A DNA stretch of 20,391 bases from Octopus sinensis (Eukaryota). Made by a program: the position numbers and the translations under genes. The DNA lies in assembly GCF_006345805.1 (NCBI RefSeq), contig NW_021823998.1, positions 1 to 20,391 of the forward strand. The letters are read 5' to 3'. Each line of letters begins with the position of its first letter. Position 1 is the first letter of the stretch. The notes under the pieces were generated by a model. That model worked only from the letters and a program-made list of their open reading frames with translations, was not told where the DNA came from and did not search any database. Positions 1 to 8,907 of this stretch are shown here, in pieces.

Positions 1-110
1 ATTCACTTAAATAACCGATAACATGAGTGCAACGCCACACGTTTCTAATGGCGAGGAATGGAGGTGTAGTCTATTGATTTGGTGATACTAACATCGCACC
101 GGTGCATGTG

Positions 111-148
<38 letters not shown>

Positions 149-484
149 CGATTTGGGAACGCTGAAATCAAAAAGAATCCCAATGAAATATTTAAGGGAA
201 TAAAGAGCCGAAGCAAATGCCGCAAGGGCGACACCTAATGTTTGCACCAAGTCACCCTGTATGCGTGCTACAGTTTTTAGACGCCCAGAAATATGAATGG
301 CAAGCTTATGTCGTTGTTTATTGAACTTGGAGTGCAGAAATCTGGAATAAGCATTTTCTTCAAGGTATCACTGACTCAGACAATTCACACCAAAGTGAAA
401 TAACCGAGGTTTCTGTAGGATGTCTCTGATGAAAAGCTGAGAGAAGTTCTGATCTATGTTTATAAAGGAGAAATTAGTGATTTC

Positions 485-690
485 AACTTTTGGCACAAGG
501 TCAGCAATTCCGGCTGTTGGGATAAGTCGATTACATCGACCCCAGTGCTCGACTGGTACTTATTTTACCGACCCCAAAAGAATGAGGGGCAAAGTCGACC
601 CCGGCGGAATTTGAACTCAGAACGCAAAGAGACGGATGTAAAGCCCGTAAGTATTTTGCCCGGCGTGCTAATGTTCCTACTAGGTTGCCA
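485..690 (-). mobile_element. tRNA-derived SINE, family A (diverged copy, alternative 3' tail)
   Basis: Reverse complement of about 524-690 aligns by eye to the copy at 8583-8813 (TTCTGAGTTCAAATTCCGCCG-GGTCGACTTTGC...AAGTACCAGT...CACTGGGGTCGATGTAATCGACTTA), including a B-box-like GAGTTCAAATTCC. The tail at 485-523 differs. Confidence 0.85.
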
Positions 691-1066
691 ATACTCGAGA
701 CATACAGTTTTCATCCCTTTTCTAACGATAACCACTACTGGGAATGTTATTATACACACCTCACTCTCGACAAAAGTTTTTCTCCGAAACGTAAAATTAT
801 TTTCATTTCTCACGTTTGATGAATGCATTGAGCAGTTGTAAAATTTCTGTTATGATCGAACTTTTACCGATAACGACCATCGTTCCAGAATCTATCTTGT
901 ACTATAGCTATGTAAGAGCAATTTACTCCGTAATGATAATATTCTATGTAATTATTGATTCATTAATTATGGATGTAATTTAATTATATTAAAGGAAATA
1001 ATACTTCAAGTCATATTAATATTACAGGAAAAGCCATTTCAATTCCAAATATATATCTATGCACAC

Positions 1067-1114
<48 letters not shown>

Positions 1115-1160
1115 GGAGATAGAGAGACAGACAGACAGACACACACAAACAGACAGACAG
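1067..1160. repeat. compound microsatellite (TA)n-(GA)n-(GACA)n
   Basis: Directly visible. Confidence 0.95.
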
Positions 1161-1217
1161 AGGTGACGGCAGAAACAGATAGATGATGTATTTATACACT
1201 CAGATGCTTGAGTGTGC

Positions 1218-1270
1218 CCATGCTGGAGCATCGCTTTTAAGTGTTTAGTCAAATCGACTTCAGTACATAA
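1218..1270 (-). mobile_element. SINE family B 3'-tail fragment
   Basis: CCATGCTGGAGCATCGCTTTTA...AAATCGAC is the reverse complement of the family B tail near 10337-10374 (GTCGATCTG...TAAAAGGCGGTGCTCCAGCATGG). Confidence 0.65.
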
Positions 1271-1547
1271 TTTTATCAATTCTTGTTTTATGAACTGCTA
1301 CGTCACAGGGACGAAAAGAATTCCCACCGGTTGCCAAGTGACGAGAAAAACCCACATATGCTCACATTATATTTATACGGCGATGAAATGCTTCGCATAG
1401 TTTCCGCCAATCGAAATGATGGGACTACAATCCATGTTGCTACAAATTTGAAATTAAATATGATCTCTGTGATAATAGCGCCAAATCGCACTTCAATTGG
1501 ATTGCCTTTTGATTTAACATGCTGGAGTCATCTCACTAGCTAGTTAG

Positions 1548-1548
<1 letters not shown>

Positions 1549-1598
<50 letters not shown>

Positions 1599-1600
1599 TA
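1549..1600. repeat. (TA)n microsatellite
   Basis: Directly visible. Supplies the left TA target of the MITE. Confidence 0.97.
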
Positions 1601-1867
1601 CGAGGGTGAGTCAAAAAGTAATGCAATTTTGTTTAGGACAGTTATAATTACCAACAAAGGAACTTGTATCATACATCAAAATGAAGCTGGTCCTCTGTGG
1701 TTCACATCCCTACTTCTCGACATTGCTATTGAGAGAAACGGTGACTATGTTGGGAAGTAGAGATGTTATTCACAGAGGACAAGCTTCATTTTGATGTATG
1801 ATACATGTTCCTGTGTTGGTAATTACACCTGTCCTAGAAAATGGCATTACTTATAAACTCACCTTCG
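1601..1867. mobile_element. Tc1/mariner-derived palindromic MITE
   Basis: Ends are TA|CGAGGGTGAGTCAAAAAGTAATGC and GCATTACTTATAAACTCACCTTCG|TA. Imperfect inverted arms of about 120 bp (1601-1723 vs 1747-1867), TA duplication at 1599-1600 and 1868-1869. 1728-1760 translates IERNGDYVGK*, like a mariner transposase C-terminus. Confidence 0.9.
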
Positions 1868-1871
1868 TATA

Positions 1872-1874
<3 letters not shown>

Positions 1875-1927
<53 letters not shown>
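1875..1927. repeat. (TA)n microsatellite
   Basis: Directly visible. Confidence 0.97.
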
Positions 1928-1928
<1 letters not shown>

Positions 1929-2361
1929 CAACAGCTTCCACAAGGACATGTGTTACATCAAAAATTCTTGGTTGGGGATGCAAATCCTCTCATTCGCGTA
2001 CGACATAATGCGGCAGCAGCATAGAATTGAAGCGTCCATCTCTTTCTTCTCTCAATGAAGGAATAAAATTAACGGACAACAAAAGGATGTGCACGAGAAA
2101 TGTATGAGAATCTTCCAGTATATATAGATAGATATGTTAGCAATAATTATGACGATATAGAACATGGACACTTGGTCATCCTCAAAATTCATTTCTTCTT
2201 ATTTTACTCTACATTCTACATGCTCATTCTACATTGAGAGAAGAAAGAGATGGACGCTTCAATTCTATGCTGCTGCCGCATTATGTCGTACGCGAATGAG
2301 AGGATTTGCATCCCCAACCAAGAATTTTTGATGTAACACATGTCCTTGTGGAAGCTGTTGT
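1928..2361. repeat. perfect 130-bp inverted repeat (1928-2057 / 2232-2361)
   Basis: ACAACAGCTTCC...CTCTCAATG is the reverse complement of CATTGAGAG...GGAAGCTGTTGT. The identical peptide NSFHKDMCYIKNSWLGMQILSFAYDIMRQQHRIEASISFFSQ appears in both the + and - ORF tracks. Confidence 0.97.
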
Positions 2362-2363
2362 GC

Positions 2364-2441
2364 GCGGCTGAAGAAGGCCACAGACATACATTATGCATTG
2401 TTATAAATCTGTCGAATAAAGGCCCGAAACATATGTACCGC
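2364..2441 (+). ncRNA. type I hammerhead ribozyme motif (Penelope-like, palindromic stem III)
   Basis: Stem I GCGG(2364-67)/CCGC(2438-41); core CUGAAGA (2368-74); stem II GGCC(2376-79)/GGCC(2421-24) enclosing an inner ACAGA/UCUGU hairpin; GAAA (2426-29); palindromic ACAUAUGU (2429-36); GUA cleavage triplet ending at A2437. Confidence 0.78.
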
Positions 2442-2475
2442 TGAATCCTTCGCATCATGTTTTTATTTTGATCAA

Positions 2476-2479
<4 letters not shown>

Positions 2480-2526
<47 letters not shown>

Positions 2527-2563
2527 GTGTGGTGTATGTATGTATATATATATGCTGTATATA

Positions 2564-2601
<38 letters not shown>

Positions 2602-2639
2602 ATGTATGTATATATATTATGTATGTGTATATATATATA

Positions 2640-2670
<31 letters not shown>
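2480..2670. repeat. compound (TA)n/(TG)/(TATG) microsatellite
   Basis: Directly visible. Confidence 0.95.
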
Positions 2671-2779
2671 TAGTCAATTTCAATAAAAGAGAACAATCTA
2701 TTCAAATGAAGGAATAAAATTAACGGACAACAAAAGGATGTGCACGAGAAATGTATGAGAATCTTCCAGTATATATAGA

Positions 2780-2911
2780 TAGATATGTTAGCAATAATTA
2801 TGACGATATAGAACATGGACACTTGGTCATCCTCAAAATTCATTTCTTCTTATTTTACTCTTTTATACATCATATTTTTTATGGTCGTTATAATTATTGC
2901 TGATATATCTA
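2780..2911. repeat. 27-bp inverted repeat pair (possible small MITE)
   Basis: TAGATATGTTAGCAATAATTATGACGA (2780-2806) vs TCGTTATAATTATTGCTGATATATCTA (2885-2911): 24/27 complementary, TA at both outer ends. Confidence 0.7.
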
Positions 2912-3099
2912 CACTAAACAATATTGCCGTCCAGTGAACCGAACACAGAATTAGCCATCGGAGGAAGTTACAGAGTGAATGACGACTAATAGTAGTCACT
3001 GACGTTAGATGCTGATCAATGCAGCTAGCCCTAATCTGGAACATAACTGAGCGTCGCCACGGTATCTGCTCGGATTATAAATCCCTCGAAGCTCACCTC

Positions 3100-3183
3100 T
3101 GTGTATGTGTGTGTGTGTGTGTGTGTGCGTGTGTCTGTTTGTGTGCACGTGTGTGTGTTGTGTGTGAGTGTGTGTGTGTGTGT
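3100..3183. repeat. (GT)n microsatellite, imperfect
   Basis: Directly visible. Confidence 0.95.
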
Positions 3184-3189
3184 ACCGTG

Positions 3190-3929
3190 GGAAACTGTAT
3201 GAGTAATGAGGCATCATTTCATGGGCTTATTACTAAAGTGGCAACACTGTGCAAGTGGCTGGTTGGATTCTGAGATCATTAAAAACAGAAAAAAAGGATA
3301 CCCTGCTACTCCTATGGCGAACATTTATTCTCAGTCTCCTAGATTACTATTCTCAAATGTGGTCATCAAAAACAGTGATGCTGTTGACAAGATTCGAGAC
3401 AATCCAATGCCATTACGCACACACAAAAAGACTGACTCAGTGCGATGAAATAGGACGAGCTACTGAAGGGTTATAAAAGAACTGAGACCACATTCCCTAA
3501 AGAGACGACGCGAAAGATATGCTGTGATACACACACACATATATGTATGGAAGATCCTGAATAGTCTAGCTCCCAACTTTGAGATTGAAATCTGTATTAA
3601 CCACCCATTAAGGCGCTTTTGCATTCTACCAAAGGCCCTATCCTCTTCATCTAGAGAAAACATGGAGTTCTACAAGGCCTTAGGTTGTTTTAAGAAGCCA
3701 CATCTTTTCAACAAATGCCAAACAACCTCATAGAATATTTCGACAATTTCAAAGAATATTTCGACAATTTTTTATGAGCGATACAAATGTCACCTTCATC
3801 GCAGCAGAAAAGACAGAAAAGAATAGCTCTATCCAGCTCTGAACCGGGAAGTGAATGCAAGTTCAAAGCCAATCACATTAAATACAGTGCCACTACTTGG
3901 CCGCAGCCTTTCTTGGAAACCCGTAAAAA
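3190..3929 (+). mobile_element. 5'-truncated degenerate LINE (CR1/L2 group), RT C-terminal region plus 3' end
   Basis: Frameshifted peptides MSNEASFHGLITKVATLCK / GWILRSLKTEKKDTLLLLWRTFILSLLDYYSQMWS...RFETIQ / LRPHSLKRRRERYAVI / YVWKILNSLAPNF match the CR1/L2-type post-RT pattern (G.I.R.F...L..L....V...LDY.S..W.P...LE.VQ...L.SL..RR.R.D/Y.I..YKI). Confidence 0.85.
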
Positions 3930-3930
3930 T

Positions 3931-3964
<34 letters not shown>
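3930..3964. repeat. (GT)n microsatellite
   Basis: Directly visible at the LINE 3' end. Confidence 0.95.
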
Positions 3965-3966
<2 letters not shown>

Positions 3967-4029
3967 CACGCGATCGACCAAATTATAACTTGTCGCAATG
4001 TGTTTTGTTTCGTTTTAGCTTTCAAGTGA

Positions 4030-4253
4030 TGCTAACATGACCACCCCTACAGCGGGCTTGGCAAACAGACCAACGTTCCCGCAGAGCGAAAGGTTACTCT
4101 ATCACAGGATGACCCATTTGCAGCTGAGTGGACTGAAGTAACGTGAAATGTAGTGGCTTGCTCAAGAACACAACGCTCTACTTGGTGCCGGAATCGAACC
4201 TGCGATCGCGAGATCGTGGGTTCAACATCATCACCATTAGGCAATGCGCCTTC
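4030..4253 (-). mobile_element. tRNA-derived SINE, family C head with different tail
   Basis: Reverse complement GAAGGCGCATTGCCTAATGG...GGTTCGATTCC (B box)...GCGTTGTGTTCTTGAGCAAG...CACTCAGCTG matches the heads at 5206 and 19417. The 3' boundary is approximate. Confidence 0.8.
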
Positions 4254-4792
4254 ACACACAAGCACACACACACACACATGCACATACAGGAATACATATA
4301 CAAAAACTAGATATTTTGCTACATACATTTGCGCGTGAGTATATAAGGACAGGTTTCCCAATATAGACGTATGTATGTGTGAAGGCATGAATGTAAGTTA
4401 AGCATATAAGACACTGTAGCACTTAACATCGAGTTCGTAGCACGGGAAGTTACACAGGCAGCCATTAATGTCTCATATTACATGAAGTTTTGTTTTTCTC
4501 TCTTCTTCTTTTATCGTGCATATGTCGTTATTGCATAAACCATTCAATGAAGCCACCTGTTTTATGTTTAGTAAACCTTCTCCAGTCCTCTGAAAAGAAG
4601 CTTTCTCTCTTAATCTAATGTCCAATGCAATAAAAATAGTTGAGAGATAACAGTTCGGTGCTTGAGGGTCTCTGCAATATCATGTTCTTTCGTGTTTGAG
4701 ATGCGACAGAAAGAAATCTTAAGGGTCGGTCTTTTATATCTGTGTTTTGGGTTGAATGTATAAATACATTTGCAGATGGAGGTGCATGTGGG

Positions 4793-4793
<1 letters not shown>

Positions 4794-4829
<36 letters not shown>

Positions 4830-4838
4830 CGCGCGCGC
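4794..4838. repeat. (GT)n-(GC)n alternating purine/pyrimidine tract
   Basis: Directly visible; Z-DNA-prone composition. Confidence 0.9.
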
Positions 4839-4869
4839 CAGAGAATTTACCAGGGTGTTTAGAATATCG

Positions 4870-4978
4870 GATAAAGGACCTTAAGTATTTGGTCCCGATA
4901 TTCTACGATCGAAGCTCAAATCATGCCGCAGAAAATTTATATTTCATTTTTCAGGGATGATAAATACGATACTGGTTC
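4870..4978 (+). mobile_element. highly decayed SINE family A-like fragment
   Basis: GCTCAAATCATGCCGCAG...TTTCATTTTTCAGGGATGATAAATA...TACTGGTT loosely parallels GTTCAAATTCCGCCGAGG...TTTCATCCTTTCGGGGTCAATAAATA...TACCAGTT. Confidence 0.4.
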
Positions 4979-5205
4979 ACAATGAGAAATTATTGGAGTT
5001 GTTATGTTGTCGGATTAAATATTTCAATGTTCTATGGTCTCTCAGGCCAAATCTCACCTGGTATTATCATTAAAAACGAAAAAGAAAAAGACGTATTTCT
5101 ATCGGGGGTAAAAAGCAGAATTTAGAATAGTGAAAAGATTAGTCAATGGAAACACATTCCTTGGTTCGATCCGGGCTTGTGTTGTGACGCATTACGGCAA
5201 CGAGT

Positions 5206-5399
5206 GAAGGCGCGGGGCTTAGGGATTAGGTTCCCGATCGGGAATTCAATTTCAGGCGACGCGTTGTGTCCTTGAGCAAGACACTTTACTTAACTCAGCT
5301 GGCAAAAATGAGCAGTACCTGTATTGCAAATGGCAAGCCTTATCACACTCTGTCACACTGAATCTCCCTGAGAACTACGTTAAGTATACACGCCTCTGT
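5206..5399 (+). mobile_element. tRNA-derived SINE, family C (3'-truncated)
   Basis: GAAGGCGCGGGGCTTAGGGATTAGG...GTTGTGTCCTTGAGCAAGACACTTTA...CTCAGCTGGCAAAAATGAG...CTGAATCTCCCTGAGAACTACGTTAAG is collinear with the reverse complement of 19102-19417. Confidence 0.85.
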
Positions 5400-5409
5400 C
5401 TCAAAACCG

Positions 5410-5715
5410 ATATATATATATACAAAATTATATGTGCATATTATATATATGTGTGTGTGTGTATTTGTATATTTATATATACATGTGTGTATGTTTATGT
5501 ATGTATATAGATATGTGTCTGTGTGTGTATGTGTATATGTTTGTATATGCATGTATCAGCACATGCAATATATGCGTGTGAGTATGCGTGTATGCTTGTG
5601 CATGTATGTATATTTATATCTATACATACACACATTTCTGTGTGTATACACACAATCACACGCAAACATGCATTTACAGACATACATATGTTTATGTGAA
5701 TGTATATACACACAC
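5410..5715. repeat. degenerate (TA/TG/CA) low-complexity tract
   Basis: Directly visible. Confidence 0.9.
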
Positions 5716-5717
5716 GA

Positions 5718-5795
5718 CTATCTATCTATCTATCTATCTATAGATAGATAGACTGACGATCGATGGATAGATAGATAGATATCCAATAGATACAT

Positions 5796-5862
<67 letters not shown>
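5718..5862. repeat. (TATC)n abutting (GATA)n tetranucleotide repeats
   Basis: Directly visible; orientation switches at 5740/5741. Confidence 0.95.
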
Positions 5863-5865
<3 letters not shown>

Positions 5866-6258
5866 GTAAGTATGCAATAATGCACACATGTCGGTATGTA
5901 AGAGATTCTGCATGGTGCATTTCCAAGCGTCTGCTTCTCCGTCCCATTTCGTTGTTGTACATATGTCACTTTTAATTCTTCAACAGCAATGTCAGTCAAC
6001 TTTAAAGCTGTGGAGATGACACTCGTTACGATTACTTGCAGTGTCCCCTGGCGGACATCACGGGAGACTAGCGACTGTCAACTAGCTTAATTGTTTGCTT
6101 TGAGCAAAGATTCGCTGACAGATAGATGATGTACATACATATTATGTATGCACTGTAGGTGTATGTGTGTGTGTGTGAATGTGTGTTTTGGAGATGGATA
6201 AAATACAAAAAGAGAAGACAAACAGTCTGAGCAATGTATGTGTGTGTGTATGTGCATG

Positions 6259-6261
<3 letters not shown>

Positions 6262-6304
<43 letters not shown>

Positions 6305-6328
6305 TATATATATATATATATATATATA
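6262..6328. repeat. (TA)n microsatellite
   Basis: Directly visible. Confidence 0.97.
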
Positions 6329-6938
6329 CGTGAGAGAAAGAGAGAGATAAACGTTTTCCAAATGTAAACACATTATACGAAGGAATTCTAGAAAGATCGA
6401 TATGCCTACATTCACTAGCAAACGCTTATGCACCCCACAGCCACTCATACACTCTCAAATATAGAAACCTATAAATATGTACGCATATATTTATACATAC
6501 GGAACATGTATGGGTGTGTATACATATATGCATATACATACATATATATATTACATCTTTACACACACATACACATCAATATCATTAGATGTGAGTCGTG
6601 CCTACATCGAATATATCAAATTCCATCCCTAGTTTCCAACTCTATACCAATGTCGTCTTTAATTAATTTCTGACCGAATATTTAATTAATTAATATTTAC
6701 AATCACCTCAGGCCAAGTAGAATATGTGGTACCAGAGTCGATAATGCCGTGGAATCAATGGTTTCCCTTTTATATCTTTGGGTTAAATTTTACCTCTTGG
6801 ATTCAACTGCAGTCTTGTGGAGAAATCGCACGGCCTCTGTTTTGTATATTGCCATTGCGCGGACTGAAATACCAGTAATATGCTGGGTTTTAGTCGTCTG
6901 AAAAAACACACAACTTAGGACTAACGGAAGAAATAGAC

Positions 6939-7091
6939 ATGTCTACGATGAGTCAACGATTTAAAAAAAAATTTACCATAATTTTTTTCCATTTTAATGC
7001 ATTTTTTTTGCTATTTTTTGGCTATAACTCTCTAAAAATTGCTTATATAGTTATTTCCCTTACAAACCCAGCAACGCCGGCGATACTGCTA

Positions 7092-7092
<1 letters not shown>
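6939..7092 (+). mobile_element. non-autonomous Helitron 3' end (5' end not seen)
   Basis: Ends in ACCCAGCAACGCCGGCGATACTG-CTAG|T: a GC-rich, eroded subterminal hairpin about 10 nt before CTAG (7089-7092), followed by host T. This is the Helitron CTRR signature. The 5' boundary is approximate. Confidence 0.7.

Positions 7093-7142
<50 letters not shown>
7093..7142. repeat. (TA)n microsatellite
   Basis: Directly visible. Confidence 0.95.
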
Positions 7143-7144
<2 letters not shown>

Positions 7145-7149
7145 TGATT

Positions 7150-7530
7150 TTTGCTCGACTGACATTGGACTGTGGCCATTCTGGGGCACCGTCTGGAAAG
7201 GATTGTTCGAACAAATCGATCCACTAAGTAATCTTTCATTTCTGTTTTTTTTCTCCTTTTTTATATTTTATTTTATTTTTATTCTGGCACTGGTTTTATC
7301 CGTCTTTTGTGCGGAACCGCTGACGTCACGAAGATAACCAACACCGGTCGTGAAGCAGTGTGGCGAACAAATACAAAGACACACACACACGTATATACAG
7401 CAGGCTTCCGCACAGTTTTAGCTTTCATCTATCAAATTCACTTACAAGGAACTGGTCGGCCCAAGGTGTCGCGAAGTGGGATTAAACCCGAAACCACGTG
7501 ACTGCAAAACACGAACAGCCATAACTGTGC
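7150..7530 (-). mobile_element. tRNA-derived SINE, family B (diverged, internal deletion)
   Basis: Reverse complement is collinear with 10058-10412 (CACGTGGTTTCGGGTTTAATCCCACTTCGCGACACCTTGGG...CGGTGCCCCAGAATGGCCACAG). Confidence 0.82.
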
Positions 7531-8445
7531 ATCAAGACACACACACACACACACATCCACACACTTAGCCAGTTCCATATTTGTTGGTTTCCAAAAGTTT
7601 GTTATGTGGGGCAGTGTCACAAGCTGTTCCGTTTTTGGCCGTTGTTGATGATTGTCATGTTGTTGAGTAAGGACATTTTCCCCGTGTTTTCCACTCAGTC
7701 CGTGTGCTAGGGTCATTTGAGAGCCGCGTGAGACGTTACGTTCTGAGGCTTTGTCCAGTACATATGTCATATGATGGTAAGGACATCGGAGTAAATGAAA
7801 AAATTGGGTTGGAATCCAGACGTGTGTGGAATGTAAGAGAGAGAGAGGAAAGAGATGAAGAAGGAACACTCAGCGCCATATTTCTCATTCCTGAGCATGA
7901 CCCTCAGAACTAAGCTTTATTTTTACCTTTTTAAGTTTCAAATTTCTTCAACAGACGCAAAGAAGGACAGAATGAGGTGGGTACAGCGAATTATATAACG
8001 GCTCAAAGTATCATACAAGCTTTTTGTTCTAACATTGGAAGAAACATTTGTATATTTGGCATCGGTAGGATCCGAATTTTGAACATATACAATCATGTGT
8101 TGGTGTAAATGAACAGCCATAATCAAATACATGAGTGTATTTGTCTGAGACGATAATGTTTCGGTTAATGCAGCGTCCTATCAATAATCCGTAAAAATAT
8201 TTCATGAAATTAGACAAGCGAATTAAGCTCATCTACTTTGTACAGCATTACCGAGATGTGTTTTAATCTATTCTTCAACTGTGTACATCAAGATCCATGA
8301 TAATAGAATTCAAGAAGTATAAAGTTCCAATGGGGGTGGGGGTATTAAGTGGTTCAGGAGAGGTGGAGAAGGTCCGAGAAGGTAGGAAAGGAGATGAGGG
8401 TGAGACAGTTCGTTGACCAAGTGAGCGTATATTATATGTGGTTCG

Positions 8446-8574
8446 GACTTTGACTTTCATCCTTTCGGGGTCGATTAAGTAATACCAGTTACGCACTGGG
8501 GTCTGTCCTTGTTTGACCTCTCTGTGTTTAGCCCCTTGTGGGTAGTAAAGAAATAGGTATTTCGTCTGTCTTTA
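8446..8574 (+). mobile_element. SINE family A partial copy in tandem with the next copy
   Basis: GACTTTGACTTTCATCCTTTCGGGGTCG...CAGTTACGCACTGGGGTC...TTTAGCCCCTTGTGGGTAGTAAAGAAATA matches 8677-8813 with an internal deletion. Confidence 0.88.
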
Positions 8575-8582
8575 TCTTTCAA

Positions 8583-8813
8583 GGCGGCGAGCTGGCAGAA
8601 ACGTTAGCGCGCCGGGCGAAATGCTTAGCGATATTTCGGCTGCCGTTACGTTCTGAGTTCAAATTCCGCCGAGGTCGACTTTGCTTTTCATCCTTTCGGG
8701 GTCAATAAATAGAAGTACCAGTTACGCACTGGGGTCGATGTAATCGACTTAATCCCTTTGTCTGTTCTTGTTTGCCCATCTATGTTTAGCCCATTGCGGG
8801 CAATAAAGAAATA
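8583..8813 (+). mobile_element. tRNA-derived SINE, family A, near full length
   Basis: A-box-like TGGCAGAAACG, B-box GAGTTCAAATTCC (8655-8667), A-rich end AATAAAGAAATA. Homologous copies at 485-690 and 8446-8574. Confidence 0.9.
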
Positions 8814-8907
8814 TATTATATATGGTTCAACATTGTGCAAGACGGGGGCGAATGAGGTGACAACAAACAAGGTGTATTAGTTTGACGCTCAGGAAAAATG
8901 GAAGAGT

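Larger units (their letters stand above)
2054..2861 (+). repeat. perfect 157-bp direct repeat (2054-2210 / 2705-2861)
   Basis: AATGAAGGAATAAAATTAACGG...CTTATTTTACTCT occurs twice, 651 bp apart. No mismatch seen. Confidence 0.97.

Noticed and set aside
225-261. AGGGCGAC...GTCACCCT hairpin and a CACCCTGTA Tc1-like right end
   Set aside because: Only 8-9 bp, and no matching left terminus in the window.
427-475. CTGATGA followed by a weak hairpin
   Set aside because: No GAAA in register after the stem.
765-830. CTCCGAAACGTAAAA...CATTTCTC resembling the 8908-8943 family
   Set aside because: No CUGANGA box or stem II; similarity too weak to call.
5980-6090. Possible exon (pyrimidine tract + CAG, then ATG...MSVNFKAVEMTLVTITCSVPW)
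   Set aside because: Short, no recognisable homology, no convincing partner exon. Needs RNA-seq.
5343-6673. YIYI/CVCV/LSIY-type ORFs here and throughout the window
   Set aside because: Microsatellite translation artefacts.
7575-7830. Minus-strand HLLRCPYHHMTYV/GQS, faintly like a GIY-YIG nuclease of Penelope elements
   Set aside because: Needs a frameshift, and the downstream catalytic motifs are not recognisable. tBLASTx against Penelope ORFs would decide.
8583-8670. tRNA genes at SINE heads (also 4180-4253, 10058-10115, 19350-19417)
   Set aside because: A/B boxes are present, but no complete cloverleaf was found and each continues into a repeated SINE body.
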